Notes under the pieces: generated by a model
What the model saw: only the letters and a program-made list of their open reading frames with translations
What the model was told of the DNA's origin: nothing
Database searches by the model: none
Assembly: GCA_903912525.1 (NCBI GenBank)
Contig: CAIWHK010000025.1
Location: 136,881-200,880, forward strand
DNA length: 64,000 nucleotides
DNA from: an uncultured bacterium
GTDB taxonomy: Bacteria > Krumholzibacteriota > Krumholzibacteriia > LZORAL124-64-63
Direction of reading: 5' to 3'
In this document: positions 11,179-23,606 of the stretch, in pieces
Layout of the letters: every line of letters starts with the position of its first letter
Numbering within the stretch: the stretch's first letter is position 1
Program-made: the position numbers and the translations under genes

Positions 11179-13118
11179 CAGGTGCCGTCCCCCTTGCCGT
11201 CCCCGAGGGCCGGGCCGGCGCGGCGCAGGTCGCCGTCGCGCGCGGTCACGCCCGTCTGGTCGAGATATTCGAGCATCGGGATCCCGAGCTTGCGTGTCAG
11301 CCCGCTCAGCTCGCGGAACCCGCCGAAGGTCAGTTCCGGTTCAATCCTGAAGTGCGCCCGCAGGCGGGCCACCAGCGTGGCATAGGCGCGGGCGGAAACA
11401 AGGTACTCGCCACCGAGGGCCACCGCCCGTCCGTGATCGACCAGCCAACGAACCGCTTCGGCGGGCTTGAAATCCCGCAATGCGGCATCGGCTGCCGCCC
11501 GCTGGAACACCGGCGAACCGGCGGCCCAGTGGTCCAGTCCCGGCCAGTCCAGGCCCAGCCCGTCGAACTCGGCCGCGGCCTCGTCCATGGCGCGGCGCAG
11601 GCGTTCGCCCAGCTTCGGCCCCTCGGGCGACATCGCGATGCGGTCGCCGGCCACCACCCACAGGTCGGGCGCGGCCAGGGCGGCGCAGACGGCGTTCCAC
11701 TCGGCCACGCCACCGCCGAACGCGCAGCGCTGCCGCACTTCCTCGCGCGAGACGCCCAGCCGCAGCGGGTACTTCCGCGCGTACTCGGCGACCTGCGCCC
11801 CCACCGCCTCGGCCAGCGCCGCCAGCGCCTCGCGGTGGTAGGCGCGCGCGCCGATCACCTGCAGCAGCGGCAGTTCGGCCCAGGCAGCGGCGCTGTCGGC
11901 CGGCAACCCCGCCGTGCCGGCGTCCAGCAGCTTCTTGAGGAAGAGGTCCTCCGGCGAGCCGGTCTCCAGCACCTTCAACTGCGCCAGCGCGTCATTGTCG
12001 AAGCGCTTGTGTTGCGCGGGCGCGGCTTCGAGCACGACGGCGCCGGCAACGCTGACCATGGGCGAATAGAAACGCAGCACCAGCCGGTCGCCGCGCGCGG
12101 CCACCAGGTCCTCCTCCAGGTGCAGTTGCGCCAGGGCGGTGCGCGCGGCCGCGGCCGCCTCGCCGCCCATCTCCTGCACGTCCAGCAGCACGATGCGGCC
12201 GAGCACCTCGCGCCCGGCGTGGTGCACGTGCAAACGCTGCCGGTTCTTCACCGAGCGGCGGCAGTGCTTCATCAGGTCCACGCGGATGTCGAGCCGCTTC
12301 GTGGTGACGGCCGCGCGCGGGGCGACGACCTGCTGGCCGCGCGCCATGTCGTCGCGCTTGACCCCGTGCAGCGCCAGCGCCAGCCGCTGGCCCGAAGCGC
12401 CGCGCGGCGCCGGGCGGCCGTGCACCTGCACCTCGCGCACGCGCACCGGCAGCGCGCCGGGTTCGATCATCAGCTTGTCACCCTCGGCCACCGAGCCGCC
12501 CCAGCAGGTGCCGGTGACGACGACGCCGGCGCCCGGCATCGTGAACACGCGATCAACGGGCAGGCGGAACGCGCCCTGCTCGGCCCGCCGCGGCAGCGCC
12601 AGCGCCTCGGCCTTCAGCGCCGCGCGCAGTTCGTCCAACCCGGTGCGCGCGTGCGCCGACACGGGCACAATGGGCTTCCCGGCCAGGAACGTGCCGGCCA
12701 CCAGGTCGGCGGCCTCTTCCATCACGACACCGACCAGGTCCTCGTCCACGGCATCGGTCTTGGTCACGACCACGATGCCGCTGCGCACCTTCAGCGCGTC
12801 GAGGATCTCGAGGTGCTCGATCGTCTGGGGCATCACGCCTTCGTCGGCGGCGATGACCAGGAACGCCAGGTCCACGCCGCCGGCGCCCGAGACCATCTGC
12901 CGGACGAACTTCTCGTGGCCCGGCATGTCGACGACGCCCAGTTGGATGCCGTCGCCGAGGTCCAGCTCGGCGAAGCCCAGCTCGATGCTGATGCCCCGCT
13001 CCTGCTCTTCCTTCAGGCGGTCGGTGTTGGTGCCCGTCAGGGCCTGCACGAGCGCGGTCTTGCCGTGGTCGACATGGCCGGCGGCGCCGAGGATGAAGTG
13101 GCGGGAGGGCTCGGTCAT
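11178..13118 (-). CDS. selB: selenocysteine-specific translation elongation factor
   Basis: N-terminal GTPase (GHVDHGKT, DMPGHEKF, TKTD) followed by SelB-type winged-helix C-terminal extension; stop overlaps ispG start (ATGA). Confidence 0.8.
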   Translation of the reverse strand: MTEPSRHFILGAAGHVDHGKTALVQALTGTNTDRLKEEQERGISIELGFAELDLGDGIQLGVVDMPGHEKFVRQMVSGAGGVDLAFLVIAADEGVMPQTIEHLEILDALKVRSGIVVVTKTDAVDEDLVGVVMEEAADLVAGTFLAGKPIVPVSAHARTGLDELRAALKAEALALPRRAEQGAFRLPVDRVFTMPGAGVVVTGTCWGGSVAEGDKLMIEPGALPVRVREVQVHGRPAPRGASGQRLALALHGVKRDDMARGQQVVAPRAAVTTKRLDIRVDLMKHCRRSVKNRQRLHVHHAGREVLGRIVLLDVQEMGGEAAAAARTALAQLHLEEDLVAARGDRLVLRFYSPMVSVAGAVVLEAAPAQHKRFDNDALAQLKVLETGSPEDLFLKKLLDAGTAGLPADSAAAWAELPLLQVIGARAYHREALAALAEAVGAQVAEYARKYPLRLGVSREEVRQRCAFGGGVAEWNAVCAALAAPDLWVVAGDRIAMSPEGPKLGERLRRAMDEAAAEFDGLGLDWPGLDHWAAGSPVFQRAAADAALRDFKPAEAVRWLVDHGRAVALGGEYLVSARAYATLVARLRAHFRIEPELTFGGFRELSGLTRKLGIPMLEYLDQTGVTARDGDLRRAGPALGDGKGDGT

Positions 13119-13236
13119 GCGCTTGGTCTTCCCGCGTTGCGGTCAGGAGGCACGGCGCCGGTCGCGGCGCGAGGGGTCACTATACACCGTGGCGACCTCC
13201 CGTCGCCACCGGCCGGGTGCGCGCCGCGCCACGGGC

Positions 13237-13971
13237 TCAGAAGGCGACCGATACGCCGACGACGCCGGGGCTCACGACAGCCCGGGCGCTGCCCGGCAAC
13301 AGGCCCTTGCCCGTCACCAGGTCGCCGCAGGCCAGCCCCAGCGCGGCGCCCGCCAGCACGTCCGACAGGAAGTGCTTGTGCGCCTCGATGCGCCCCAGGC
13401 CGGTGGCCGTGGCCAGCACCGCCGCCGGCACCGAGGCCTTCCATCCCAGGTGGTGCCCCAGCACGGGCACGACACAGAACGCCGCGGTGGTGTGTCCCGA
13501 CGGGAACGAGTGCGGCCCGCCGTTTGGTCGCTGCCGGTGGAACGCCGCCTTCATGGTCCAGTTGACGGCGGTGCTGAACAGGAACGCCTCGGTAAGGTCG
13601 TCGCCCAGGGCCGCCGTCTTCGCGTGATGGCCCAGATGCCCGACCGCGTACAACCCCGCCGCGGCGCCGCCGATCACCAGGCCGTCGCCGTAGAAGTTGC
13701 CGACATCGGCGATCCGGCTGCCCACCGGCCCGTCCAGGCGCGCCGCCGCGACGTCGGGGTTCTCCTGGCCGTACGCCCAAGCCGCCAGCGCGCCGCCGGC
13801 CGCCAGGACCAGAACCGGTCGCGCCACGACATTGTGAACATGTACCGACGGAACCGACAGGAGGCGGCGGGAGGTCGAGTCCGACGCAGCCGCGCCCGCA
13901 GCCCGGGCCGCCGGGCAAGCGAACACGGTCGCCGCCAGCACCAGGGTGCCCAGCCTGAGGAATCGCACCAT
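13237..13971 (-). CDS. PAP2 family phosphatase (membrane)
   Basis: PAP2 motifs KxxxxxxRP (FHRQRP), PSGH (FPSGHTT), SRxxxxxHxxxD (RIEAHKHFLSDV); start immediately after murA stop. Confidence 0.75.
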   Translation of the reverse strand: MVRFLRLGTLVLAATVFACPAARAAGAAASDSTSRRLLSVPSVHVHNVVARPVLVLAAGGALAAWAYGQENPDVAAARLDGPVGSRIADVGNFYGDGLVIGGAAAGLYAVGHLGHHAKTAALGDDLTEAFLFSTAVNWTMKAAFHRQRPNGGPHSFPSGHTTAAFCVVPVLGHHLGWKASVPAAVLATATGLGRIEAHKHFLSDVLAGAALGLACGDLVTGKGLLPGSARAVVSPGVVGVSVAF

Positions 13972-13973
13972 GC

Positions 13974-15225
<1,252 letters not shown>

Positions 15226-15233
<8 letters not shown>

Positions 15234-16190
15234 CGGCGTCCCTATTCATCGGCGTCCCAGTCATCGGCGTCCCAGTCATCGGCGTCCCAGTCATCGGCGT
15301 CTCCTGCTTCCCCACGCGGGCGGTCACGATGCGGTCGCGCCCGGCATAGTCCTGGACCACGGCGGCGTCCTCGCCACCCGAGGCCGCCAGTATATCGCAA
15401 ACAGCCGGTCCCTGGTCGTCGCCGATCTCCACGGCGACGAAACCGCCCGGCCGCACCCACGACCCCATCGCCGCGGCGATGGCCTGGTAGAACCGAAGGC
15501 CGTCGGCGCCGCCGTCCAGGGCCGCAGCCGGATCGTGCTCGCGAACCTCGACCGGCAGCCCGGCCAGGTCGGCGCTGCGGACATACGGCGGGTTGCTCAC
15601 CAGCAGGTCGACCTGCCCGCGCAGGTGCTCCGGCAGCGGATCGAAGCGGCTGCCCTCCACCGCGTGCACGCGCGCACCGGCGCCCAGCGCCCGCGCATTG
15701 CGCATCGTCAGCGCCACCGCCAGCGGGTTGATGTCCGAGGCGTGCACCTGCAGCCGCGGCATCTCCACGGCCAGGCTGACCGCGATGGCCCCGCTGCCGC
15801 AGCCGATCTCCACCGCGATGGGCGCCCGCTCGCTGCGCCGCAGCGGCTCCAGCAGGCGCACGCAGGTCTCCACCAGCCGCTCGGTCTCGGGCCGGGGGAT
15901 GAAGACGCCGGGCTCCATCTTGAAGGGTCGGGAGTAGAACTCGGTCTCGCCCAGGATCTGCTGCAGCGGCACGCCGGACGCGCGCTGCCGCACCAGTTCG
16001 CGGTAACGGTCCACCTCGGGACCCAGGACCGGGCGGTCATGCTGGCAGAAGAGTTCCAGGCGGGTGAGCCCCAGCACGTCGGCGAGCAGGCGCTCGGCGT
16101 TCAGGCGCGCCGAGGTGACGCCCTTCTCGCCCAGGTAGCTGCCGGTCAGTTCCAGCAATTCGCGAACGGTGCGGTTGGCGGTGGTCATGG
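15226..16190 (-). CDS. prmC: release factor glutamine N5-methyltransferase with unusual C-terminal (TPMTG)x4 repeat tail
   Basis: HemK/PrmC motifs (VEIGCGSGAIAV, NPPY); start at MTTANRTVREL (cat 16188-16190); C-terminal tail encoded by 15-bp tandem repeats. Confidence 0.85.
15231..15305. repeat. 15-bp tandem repeat (CATCGGCGTCCCAGT-like) x5 spanning prmC 3' end and murA start codon
   Basis: Direct reading: ccatcggcgtccctatt catcggcgtcccagt x3 catcggcgtctcctg. Confidence 0.85.
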
Positions 16191-16207
16191 CCGCCCGGCT
16201 CCCGGTG

Positions 16208-17277
<1,070 letters not shown>

Positions 17278-17281
<4 letters not shown>

Positions 17282-18358
17282 GCGACGCCTCCCCCGGCGG
17301 CGGCCGAAGGTCCATCCGTCGGCAGGTCGTAGTACACGCGCTCCTTGAACTCGTCGCCCTCGGGCGTCAGCACGGCGCGCAGCGCGGACATCGCCACCGT
17401 CAACTGGTCGTCATCCGGCCGCTTGGTCGTGATCCGCTGCAGCCACAGCCCGGGCATGATGAACGGCCGCAGGATCCACAGGCGGCAGTACTTGCCCGAC
17501 AGCTTGATGGCCTCGTACGCCAGCCCGCCGATCAGCGGGATGAAGGCCAGGCGCTCCAGCCGGTCGGGCACCGTCTGCGGGCGGCCCAGGAAGCTGAAGA
17601 CCACGATCGAGATCAGCATCACGAAGAACAGGAAACTGGTGCCGCAGCGCGGATGCAGCGTGGTGAAGTCGCGCGCGCCGTCGGCGTCCAGCGACTTGCC
17701 GTTCTCGAAGGCATGGATGCTCATGTGCTCGGCGCCGTGGTACTCGAAGACGCGCGACATGTCCTTCAGCCGGCTGATGAGCCACAGGTAGGCCACGAAC
17801 ATGACCACGCGCACCAGGCCGTCGACCGCGTTCCAGGCGATACTGCCCGACTCCTTGCCGACAATGACATCGGTCAGCAGGATCGGCAGGTAGAAGAACA
17901 GGCCCAGGCTGAGCACGAAGCTCAGGGCCACCGTGCCCCAGGTCATCGCCTTGTCGCGCAGCGACATCTTGCCGCCGGCCACGCGTTCCTCGCTGGCGGC
18001 CTGGTCGGCCGAGAACATCAGGGCATCGATGCCGAGAGTCATGCTCTCGACCAGGTGCACGCCCCCGCGCGCGATCGGGATGTTCAACCAGGGAAAGCGG
18101 CGCACGATGCTGCGGAAGGGCTTCTTGCGGACAACGATGCGGTGGTCCGGCGTGCGCACAGCCATCGCCAGGTACTGGGGGCTGCGCATCATGACGCCCT
18201 CGATCAGCGCCTGCCCGCCCACGGCCAGGTCCATTTGCCGGGCCTCGTTGGCGCCCGGCAGCGCGGGCGCCTCACCGGCGTCCGACAGCAACTCGTCACC
18301 GGGGCCGGCCGCCGCCAACAGCGCCGCCTGCAGGAATCTCGGGAACATCGACCACATC
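17278..18358 (-). CDS. DUF1385 domain-containing membrane protein (commonly upstream of prfA)
   Basis: Conserved DUF1385 region [14 protein letters not shown]...HGAEH; stop overlaps prfA start; start set downstream of the rpmE terminator hairpin (MWSM.., uncertain by a few codons). Confidence 0.65.
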
Positions 18359-18425
18359 CTTCCGGAACGGCCCCAGCGCCCGCCCCGCGGGCCAGGAAAA
18401 CGAGGGCCAAGGGACTGCCCCGATG

Positions 18426-18459
18426 AGAAAAAGGGCACCGGGCAATCTACCCGGCGCCC
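18426..18459 (-). terminator. Rho-independent terminator downstream of rpmE
   Basis: On minus strand GGGCGCCGGG-tagattg-CCCGGTGCCC hairpin followed by TTTTTCTC. Confidence 0.6.
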
Positions 18460-18543
18460 TGTAACATTCGCAAGTCGGACGACATGCTATTCCGGTCACC
18501 TGACCGATCCCGGCCGGGCCGGGCGATCGCCGCGCGACGAGAG

Positions 18544-18762
18544 CTACTTCTTCTGTCCGTAGCTGGCGTCCGCGTACCGCTTGCGGAAACGCTCCACGCG
18601 CCCGGCGGTATCGATGATCTTCTGCTGGCCCGTGAAGAACGGGTGGCATGCCGCGCAGATTTCGACGTTCAGCTTGTCCTTGGTCGACCGCGTGCTGATC
18701 ACATTGCCGCACAGGCAGGTGATGGTGCAGTCCACGTACTTCGGATGGATGTTGTCTTTCAT
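18544..18762 (-). CDS. rpmE: 50S ribosomal protein L31
   Basis: [48 protein letters not shown]... canonical L31 with CxxC...C zinc ribbon. Confidence 0.9.
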   Translation of the reverse strand: MKDNIHPKYVDCTITCLCGNVISTRSTKDKLNVEICAACHPFFTGQQKIIDTAGRVERFRKRYADASYGQKK

Positions 18763-18930
18763 AGCTCCCGCTGCCTTTGCGCCGGCCGGGGCTTCCCGCC
18801 CCGAGAACGTCTGCTGAGACGCCAAAGAAATAAGGAATGGTGCGGCATGCAAGGGAATTCTGGCCCGGTCTCCCCGCCACCCCCCGGCCGGGCCCCCGAA
18901 AGGGCCCCCAGGGCTCCATTGGGGCCCTTA

Positions 18931-20178
18931 TCAGGCGTTCATGGCCGCCAGGAATCCGGCGTTGTCCTTGGTTTTACTCAACTTATCGATCAGAAACTCC
19001 ATGGCCTCGGTCGGATTGTAATCCGCCAGGTACTTCCGCAGGACCCAGATCTTGGCCAGGTCCTTCGGATCCAGGAGCAGGTCTTCCTTACGGGTGCCCG
19101 ACTTGAAGATGTCGATGGCGGGGTACACCCGGCGATCGGCAATCTTCCGGTCCAGCACCAGTTCCATGTTACCAGTGCCCTTGAATTCCTCAAAAATGAC
19201 CTCGTCCATGCGGCTGCCCGTCTCGATCAGGGCCGTCGCGATGATGGTCAGCGACCCGCCGTCCTCGATGTTGCGGGCGGCGCCGAAGAACCGCTTCGGC
19301 TTCTGCAACGCGTTGGAATCCACACCGCCGGACAGGATTTTTCCCGAGTGGGGCACCACGGCGTTATGTGCGCGCGCCAGGCGGGTGATCGAGTCCAGCA
19401 GGATGACGACATCCATCCCGTTCTCGACCAACCGGCGCGCCTTCGCCAGAACCATGTTGGCCACCTGCACGTGCCGCTCGGCAGGCTCGTCGAAGGTGGA
19501 GCTGACGACCTCGCCCTTGACCGAGCGGGCCATGTCCGTGACTTCCTCCGGGCGCTCGTCGATGAGCAGGACGATCAGGTGCACCTCGGGATGGTTCGTC
19601 GTGATCGCGTTGGCGATCTTCTGCAGGATGACCGTCTTGCCGGCGCGCGGCGGCGACACGATCAGGCCGCGCTGTCCCTTGCCGATGGGCGCCATCAGGT
19701 TGATCAGGCGCGTGGTCATGTTCTTGGGGTCGTGCTCGAGGTTCAGCATCTGCTCCGGGTACAGCGGAGTCAGGTTGTCGAACAGCGTGACCTTCTTGGC
19801 GTTGGCCGGGTCCTTGTAGTTGACGGATTCGACCTTCAGCAGCGCGAAATAGCGCTCGTTGTCCTTCGGGGGACGCACCTGGCCGCTGATGGTGTCGCCG
19901 GTCTTCAGGTCGAACTTCTTGATCTGCGACGGCGAGAGGTAGATGTCGTCGGGACCGGGCAGGTAGTTGTACTTGGCCGACCGCAGGAACCCGTAGCCCT
20001 CGGCCAGCACCTGCAGGACACCCTCGGCGTAGATCAGCCCGTTCTTCTCGGTCTGTCCCTCGAGGATCTTGAAGATCAGCTCGCTCTTGCGCAGCGTGCT
20101 GAGCGCCTCGATGTTCATGCCGCGAGCCACTTCCACGAGCTCGTGGATGTTCATCTCCTGCAGTTCCTTGATATCCAT
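18931..20178 (-). CDS. rho: transcription termination factor Rho
   Basis: N-terminal RNA-binding domain, Walker A GKT / ATPase and Q/R loops; start at MDIKELQEM (cat 20176-20178). Confidence 0.9.
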   Translation of the reverse strand: MDIKELQEMNIHELVEVARGMNIEALSTLRKSELIFKILEGQTEKNGLIYAEGVLQVLAEGYGFLRSAKYNYLPGPDDIYLSPSQIKKFDLKTGDTISGQVRPPKDNERYFALLKVESVNYKDPANAKKVTLFDNLTPLYPEQMLNLEHDPKNMTTRLINLMAPIGKGQRGLIVSPPRAGKTVILQKIANAITTNHPEVHLIVLLIDERPEEVTDMARSVKGEVVSSTFDEPAERHVQVANMVLAKARRLVENGMDVVILLDSITRLARAHNAVVPHSGKILSGGVDSNALQKPKRFFGAARNIEDGGSLTIIATALIETGSRMDEVIFEEFKGTGNMELVLDRKIADRRVYPAIDIFKSGTRKEDLLLDPKDLAKIWVLRKYLADYNPTEAMEFLIDKLSKTKDNAGFLAAMNA

Positions 20179-20496
20179 GTCTCTCCTCGAACTCAGGCAG
20201 TGGCGATGCTTTGGGCGCCGGGATTGTGTTCGGCGTGCCGGCCACCCGGGAATCGGGCGGCCATCAGGCATGGCGGGTCGCCACGGTCTCTGATGAAAAA
20301 AATCCTCTGGGTTCAGCAGCGCGGGCCCGGGTCCGGGCAGAAGGCCCCGGTCGGATGGCCCGTTCAGAAGGCCTAGTTCAGGCGGTCATATCGTCCGGTC
20401 GTCATCTATCGGTCGTATCAGCCTAGCACATTCCGGGCCTGAATGCGAGCGGGGGTCGCCCTTCGCACCGGGCCCGGAACGCGCCGGGCAATACCG

Positions 20497-21762
20497 CTAC
20501 GGGTTGCCGGCCGCGGCCAGCTCCTGGTAGCGCTTGAAACTCACGTCGGCACCGAGCGGGTCGCCGGTCTCCAGCTGGGCCATGCTCAGGTACAGGAAGC
20601 CCTGGGCGTTGCCGGGGAAGCGGCCGATCAGTTCGTTGCCCAGCTCGACGGCGCGCTTGAACAGACCGGACGCCTTGTCCAGCTTCTGTTGCTTGAGCGC
20701 CGGGTCGGCCTCGGTGGCCGCGGCGTCCTTGAGGGACTTGCCGTAGTTGAAGACCGTGCGGATGCGCGCCACCAGCGAGTTCTCGGTCGGGAACGTCTCG
20801 AGGATGATCGCGCGGTCGAGCACGCCGATGGCGTCGTCGAAGCGGCCGATCTCGGGCTTGCCGTACCACAGGCCGGCGCTCACCAGCATCCCGATGTTGT
20901 TCCCGTCGTTGTTCGTGTCGGCGTCCTTCTCGTACAGGTCGACGATCTTGACGTACATGTCCGCGGCGCGCTCGTAGTTCTTCTGCTCGGCCGCCAGGCT
21001 GGCGACCTGGATCAGCAGGTCGGTATCCTCGGCGTGCGCGGCCAGCAGGTCGTTGTAGATCTTCGCGGCATCGTCACTGCGGCCCAGCGTGGCCAGCACG
21101 TAGGCCTTGTCCAACTGCAGATCGTACGCCGTCGGATTAGCGACCAGCACCTGGTCCAGCATCTCCAGCGCCTCGGTCAGCAGCTGGGACTTCTTTTCCA
21201 CATATTCGCCCGTCTCGGACATCTGGATCTTCATGCGGGCGATGCTCTTGATCGGCGTCAGCGAATCGGGCAGCGCGGCGTAGGCCAGACGCATGTGGCC
21301 CTCGGCCTGCTCGTAGTAGCGGCTGTCCCAGTCGATCTTGGCCTGGCTCAGGCGCGCACGGTAATTGTAGGCCAGCGAGATATTGACCTTCTCGGTCCAC
21401 TCCGCGGGCTTCAGCTCGATGGCGCGCTTGTACGCCTTGTACGCCAGCTCGTAGTTCTTGATGGCCTCGGGGAAGTCATCCTTGGCCACGGCTTCCTCGG
21501 CCAGCTTGCTGTGCGCCTCGGCGAGGTAGTAGAAGGCGTCCGGCTCATCCTGCGTGAACTCGAAGCCCTCGTGGATCACCTGGACGGCCTTGTTGTAGTT
21601 CTGGTCGTCGATGTACAGGATCGCGCTGGTGGTGTGTGCCGAGCGACAGCCGGCCAGTCCGCCAAGGGCGGCGATGGCCACCAGGCCGGCCAGCATGAAG
21701 GCGCGCGCGAGCGTCCGGGCGCCAGGCGCCGGGCGGGTGGGTTCGGTTCCGTACATCAACAC
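20497..21762 (-). CDS. TPR repeat lipoprotein
   Basis: Lipobox LAGC after signal peptide, multiple TPR-like helical repeats; alternative start at MLAGLVAIA (21696). Confidence 0.55.
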   Translation of the reverse strand: MLMYGTEPTRPAPGARTLARAFMLAGLVAIAALGGLAGCRSAHTTSAILYIDDQNYNKAVQVIHEGFEFTQDEPDAFYYLAEAHSKLAEEAVAKDDFPEAIKNYELAYKAYKRAIELKPAEWTEKVNISLAYNYRARLSQAKIDWDSRYYEQAEGHMRLAYAALPDSLTPIKSIARMKIQMSETGEYVEKKSQLLTEALEMLDQVLVANPTAYDLQLDKAYVLATLGRSDDAAKIYNDLLAAHAEDTDLLIQVASLAAEQKNYERAADMYVKIVDLYEKDADTNNDGNNIGMLVSAGLWYGKPEIGRFDDAIGVLDRAIILETFPTENSLVARIRTVFNYGKSLKDAAATEADPALKQQKLDKASGLFKRAVELGNELIGRFPGNAQGFLYLSMAQLETGDPLGADVSFKRYQELAAAGNP

Positions 21763-21935
21763 GGTTTCCCCCTCGGGAGTGACAGGGCGGCGGCCAGGAT
21801 CGGTTGCGTCGGGTAACCCTGGCGGAGGTGGGGATGACGCCGGCGCGGCAGATGGCGCCGGCCAGCGGAGGCGCGCAGAAGCGGCCTTATTCGCTGTTAA
21901 TTAATAGGAAACCGGGCGCTTGGCTGTCAACCGCT

Positions 21936-22529
21936 TTATTCCTCGCGGTGCCTGCGGTTGCCGTCCCGAACGCCCTTGCCCCGCCGCTCATCGGGGCCCG
22001 CCGGGCGGTCGCCACCGCCCGGGCCGGGCCGCCCCGAATGCCACGGCTCCATCGGCAGCAGCTCCACATACCGGGTCCGTTGTGTCGGGGTCAGCACGTC
22101 GAACTCCTGCAGCAGGAACTCCTGGGTCAGCGAATCGAGGTCGGCCTGGGCATGCCGGACGCCCGCCAGCGCCGCCCGGATCGCCGCCGGGTCGAAGGTC
22201 GCGGCCTCGGACTGTTCGCGCAGGGCCCGCCGGGCGGCCTCGATACGCTCGCGATGGGCGCGCACGGTCGGGGCGTTGGCCGACTGCAACTGCTCCAGGC
22301 GCGCCGTCTGGGCCGGCTCGAGGTCCAGCACCGTGGCCAGCCGGTCGACCCGCCGGTGCATCATCCGCCGCCACGCCACGGAGTCGTCCGTGGCCGGCCG
22401 ATTGCGCCAGGCGCGCGCTGCGGCAGGGGGCCGCCGGGGTTCCTCGCGGAGCGCCCGGATGACGCTCCAGCCGAGGCCGACGTTCAGGCCCAGGGAAACC
22501 AGCAGGACCAGGCGCACCAGGCGGCTCAT
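21936..22529 (-). CDS. LTXXQ motif periplasmic protein (Spy/CpxP/ZraP family)
   Basis: Signal peptide MSRLVRLVLLVSLGLNVGLG; LTQEF and LTPTQRTRY LTXXQ motifs; start overlaps anti-sigma stop (ATGA). Confidence 0.6.
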   Translation of the reverse strand: MSRLVRLVLLVSLGLNVGLGWSVIRALREEPRRPPAAARAWRNRPATDDSVAWRRMMHRRVDRLATVLDLEPAQTARLEQLQSANAPTVRAHRERIEAARRALREQSEAATFDPAAIRAALAGVRHAQADLDSLTQEFLLQEFDVLTPTQRTRYVELLPMEPWHSGRPGPGGGDRPAGPDERRGKGVRDGNRRHREE

Positions 22530-23023
22530 TTCGTCCCTCCGTTGCCGGCGGACTGCCGGCTGTCGGTCACCTCGGCCAGCGCCAGCCACGAATCGGACAG
22601 GCCGCCGGAGGCCTGGTCGTCCCAGGTCGAGTCCTGGAGCCACACGCCGGCCAGGCTGCTGTCGTCAGTGTTGTCGTCGTCAGCCACTGCCGTGCCCCCC
22701 AGGGTTCCGGTCCAGCGGCCGACCAGCACACCCAGCGCCAGGGTCGCCACGGCCAGCGATGCGCGCGCGGTGGCGCTGCGGCCGAAGAACCAACCGGCGG
22801 CTGCCTGCCCGGTCGTCCGCGCCTGCACGCCCGACCACAGGTCGGCGCGCGTAGCCGTCGGCGGCACGGCCGCCGTCGCCAGGATGTCCCACGTCGCCCG
22901 CAGGCGGGCCGCCTCGGCGCAGCAGCCCTCGCACGCGGCCAGGTGCGCCTCGACTTCGCCGGCCCGGGCCGGGTCCAGTTCGCCGCCCAGATGGGCAGCC
23001 AGCATTCCGGTGACGTGTTTCAT
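22526..23023 (-). CDS. transmembrane zinc-finger (ZAS-type) anti-sigma factor
   Basis: HLAACEGCC (H-x3-C-x2-C) motif near N-terminus, single TM helix, start overlaps sigma-factor stop. Confidence 0.6.
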   Translation of the reverse strand: MKHVTGMLAAHLGGELDPARAGEVEAHLAACEGCCAEAARLRATWDILATAAVPPTATRADLWSGVQARTTGQAAAGWFFGRSATARASLAVATLALGVLVGRWTGTLGGTAVADDDNTDDSSLAGVWLQDSTWDDQASGGLSDSWLALAEVTDSRQSAGNGGTK

Positions 23024-23589
23024 GGCCTCTCGTCCTCCTGCGCCAGGTCGACCCGCAGGCCGGCCAGCGCGCGTTGGATCAGCGACTCGACGCCGGCCAG
23101 CGAAGTGCCCATCGTCTCGGCGACCTCCGTGTAGCGCATCCCCTGGAAGCGGTGGAGCACCAGGGCCTGCCGTTGCCGCTCCGGCAGCCGGGCGATGGCC
23201 GCGCGCACGACCTGCGCGGTCTGCTCGGCTTCGATCCCGCGGTCGGCCGCGGGCGTATTCGACGCCACGTCATGGCGTTCGGTGTCCAGCGGCAGCCACT
23301 TGAGCAATCTCGCCCGCCTGCCGCGGCTGCGCGCCAGGTTCGCCGCGATGCGCAGCACCCAGGGGCGGAACTTGCCTTCGGCCCGGTAGCGACCGGCCTG
23401 CCGGAAGACCCGCACGAAGGTCTCCTGCGCCAGGTCCTCCGCATCATCGCGCGAGCCGGTCATGTTGATCAGGAAGGCCAGCACGTCGTGCTGCCAGCGG
23501 TCGACGAGGAGACGGAACGCCGCCTCCTCGCCCGCCGCCGTCCGGGCCATCAGCGTGTCATCATCGATGTCCGGCCGCTGCTGACCCAC
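23020..23589 (-). CDS. ECF (sigma-70 family) RNA polymerase sigma factor
   Basis: Region 2 (FVRVFRQAGRYR...WVLRIAAN) and region 4 HTH (MRYTEVAETMGTSLAGVESLIQRA). Confidence 0.85.
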   Translation of the reverse strand: MGQQRPDIDDDTLMARTAAGEEAAFRLLVDRWQHDVLAFLINMTGSRDDAEDLAQETFVRVFRQAGRYRAEGKFRPWVLRIAANLARSRGRRARLLKWLPLDTERHDVASNTPAADRGIEAEQTAQVVRAAIARLPERQRQALVLHRFQGMRYTEVAETMGTSLAGVESLIQRALAGLRVDLAQEDERP

Positions 23590-23606
23590 GCTCGTCCGGC
23601 CTTTCG

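Noticed and set aside
8782-11385. 867-aa plus-strand ORF
   Set aside because: Antisense to HD-GYP and ispG genes; low-complexity Gly/Arg/Ala composition; GC-bias artefact.
13119-13236. Possible tRNA-Sec (selC) upstream of selB
   Set aside because: No TCA anticodon loop / CTTCAAA context or acceptor-stem/CCA structure; only a short 8-bp hairpin is present.
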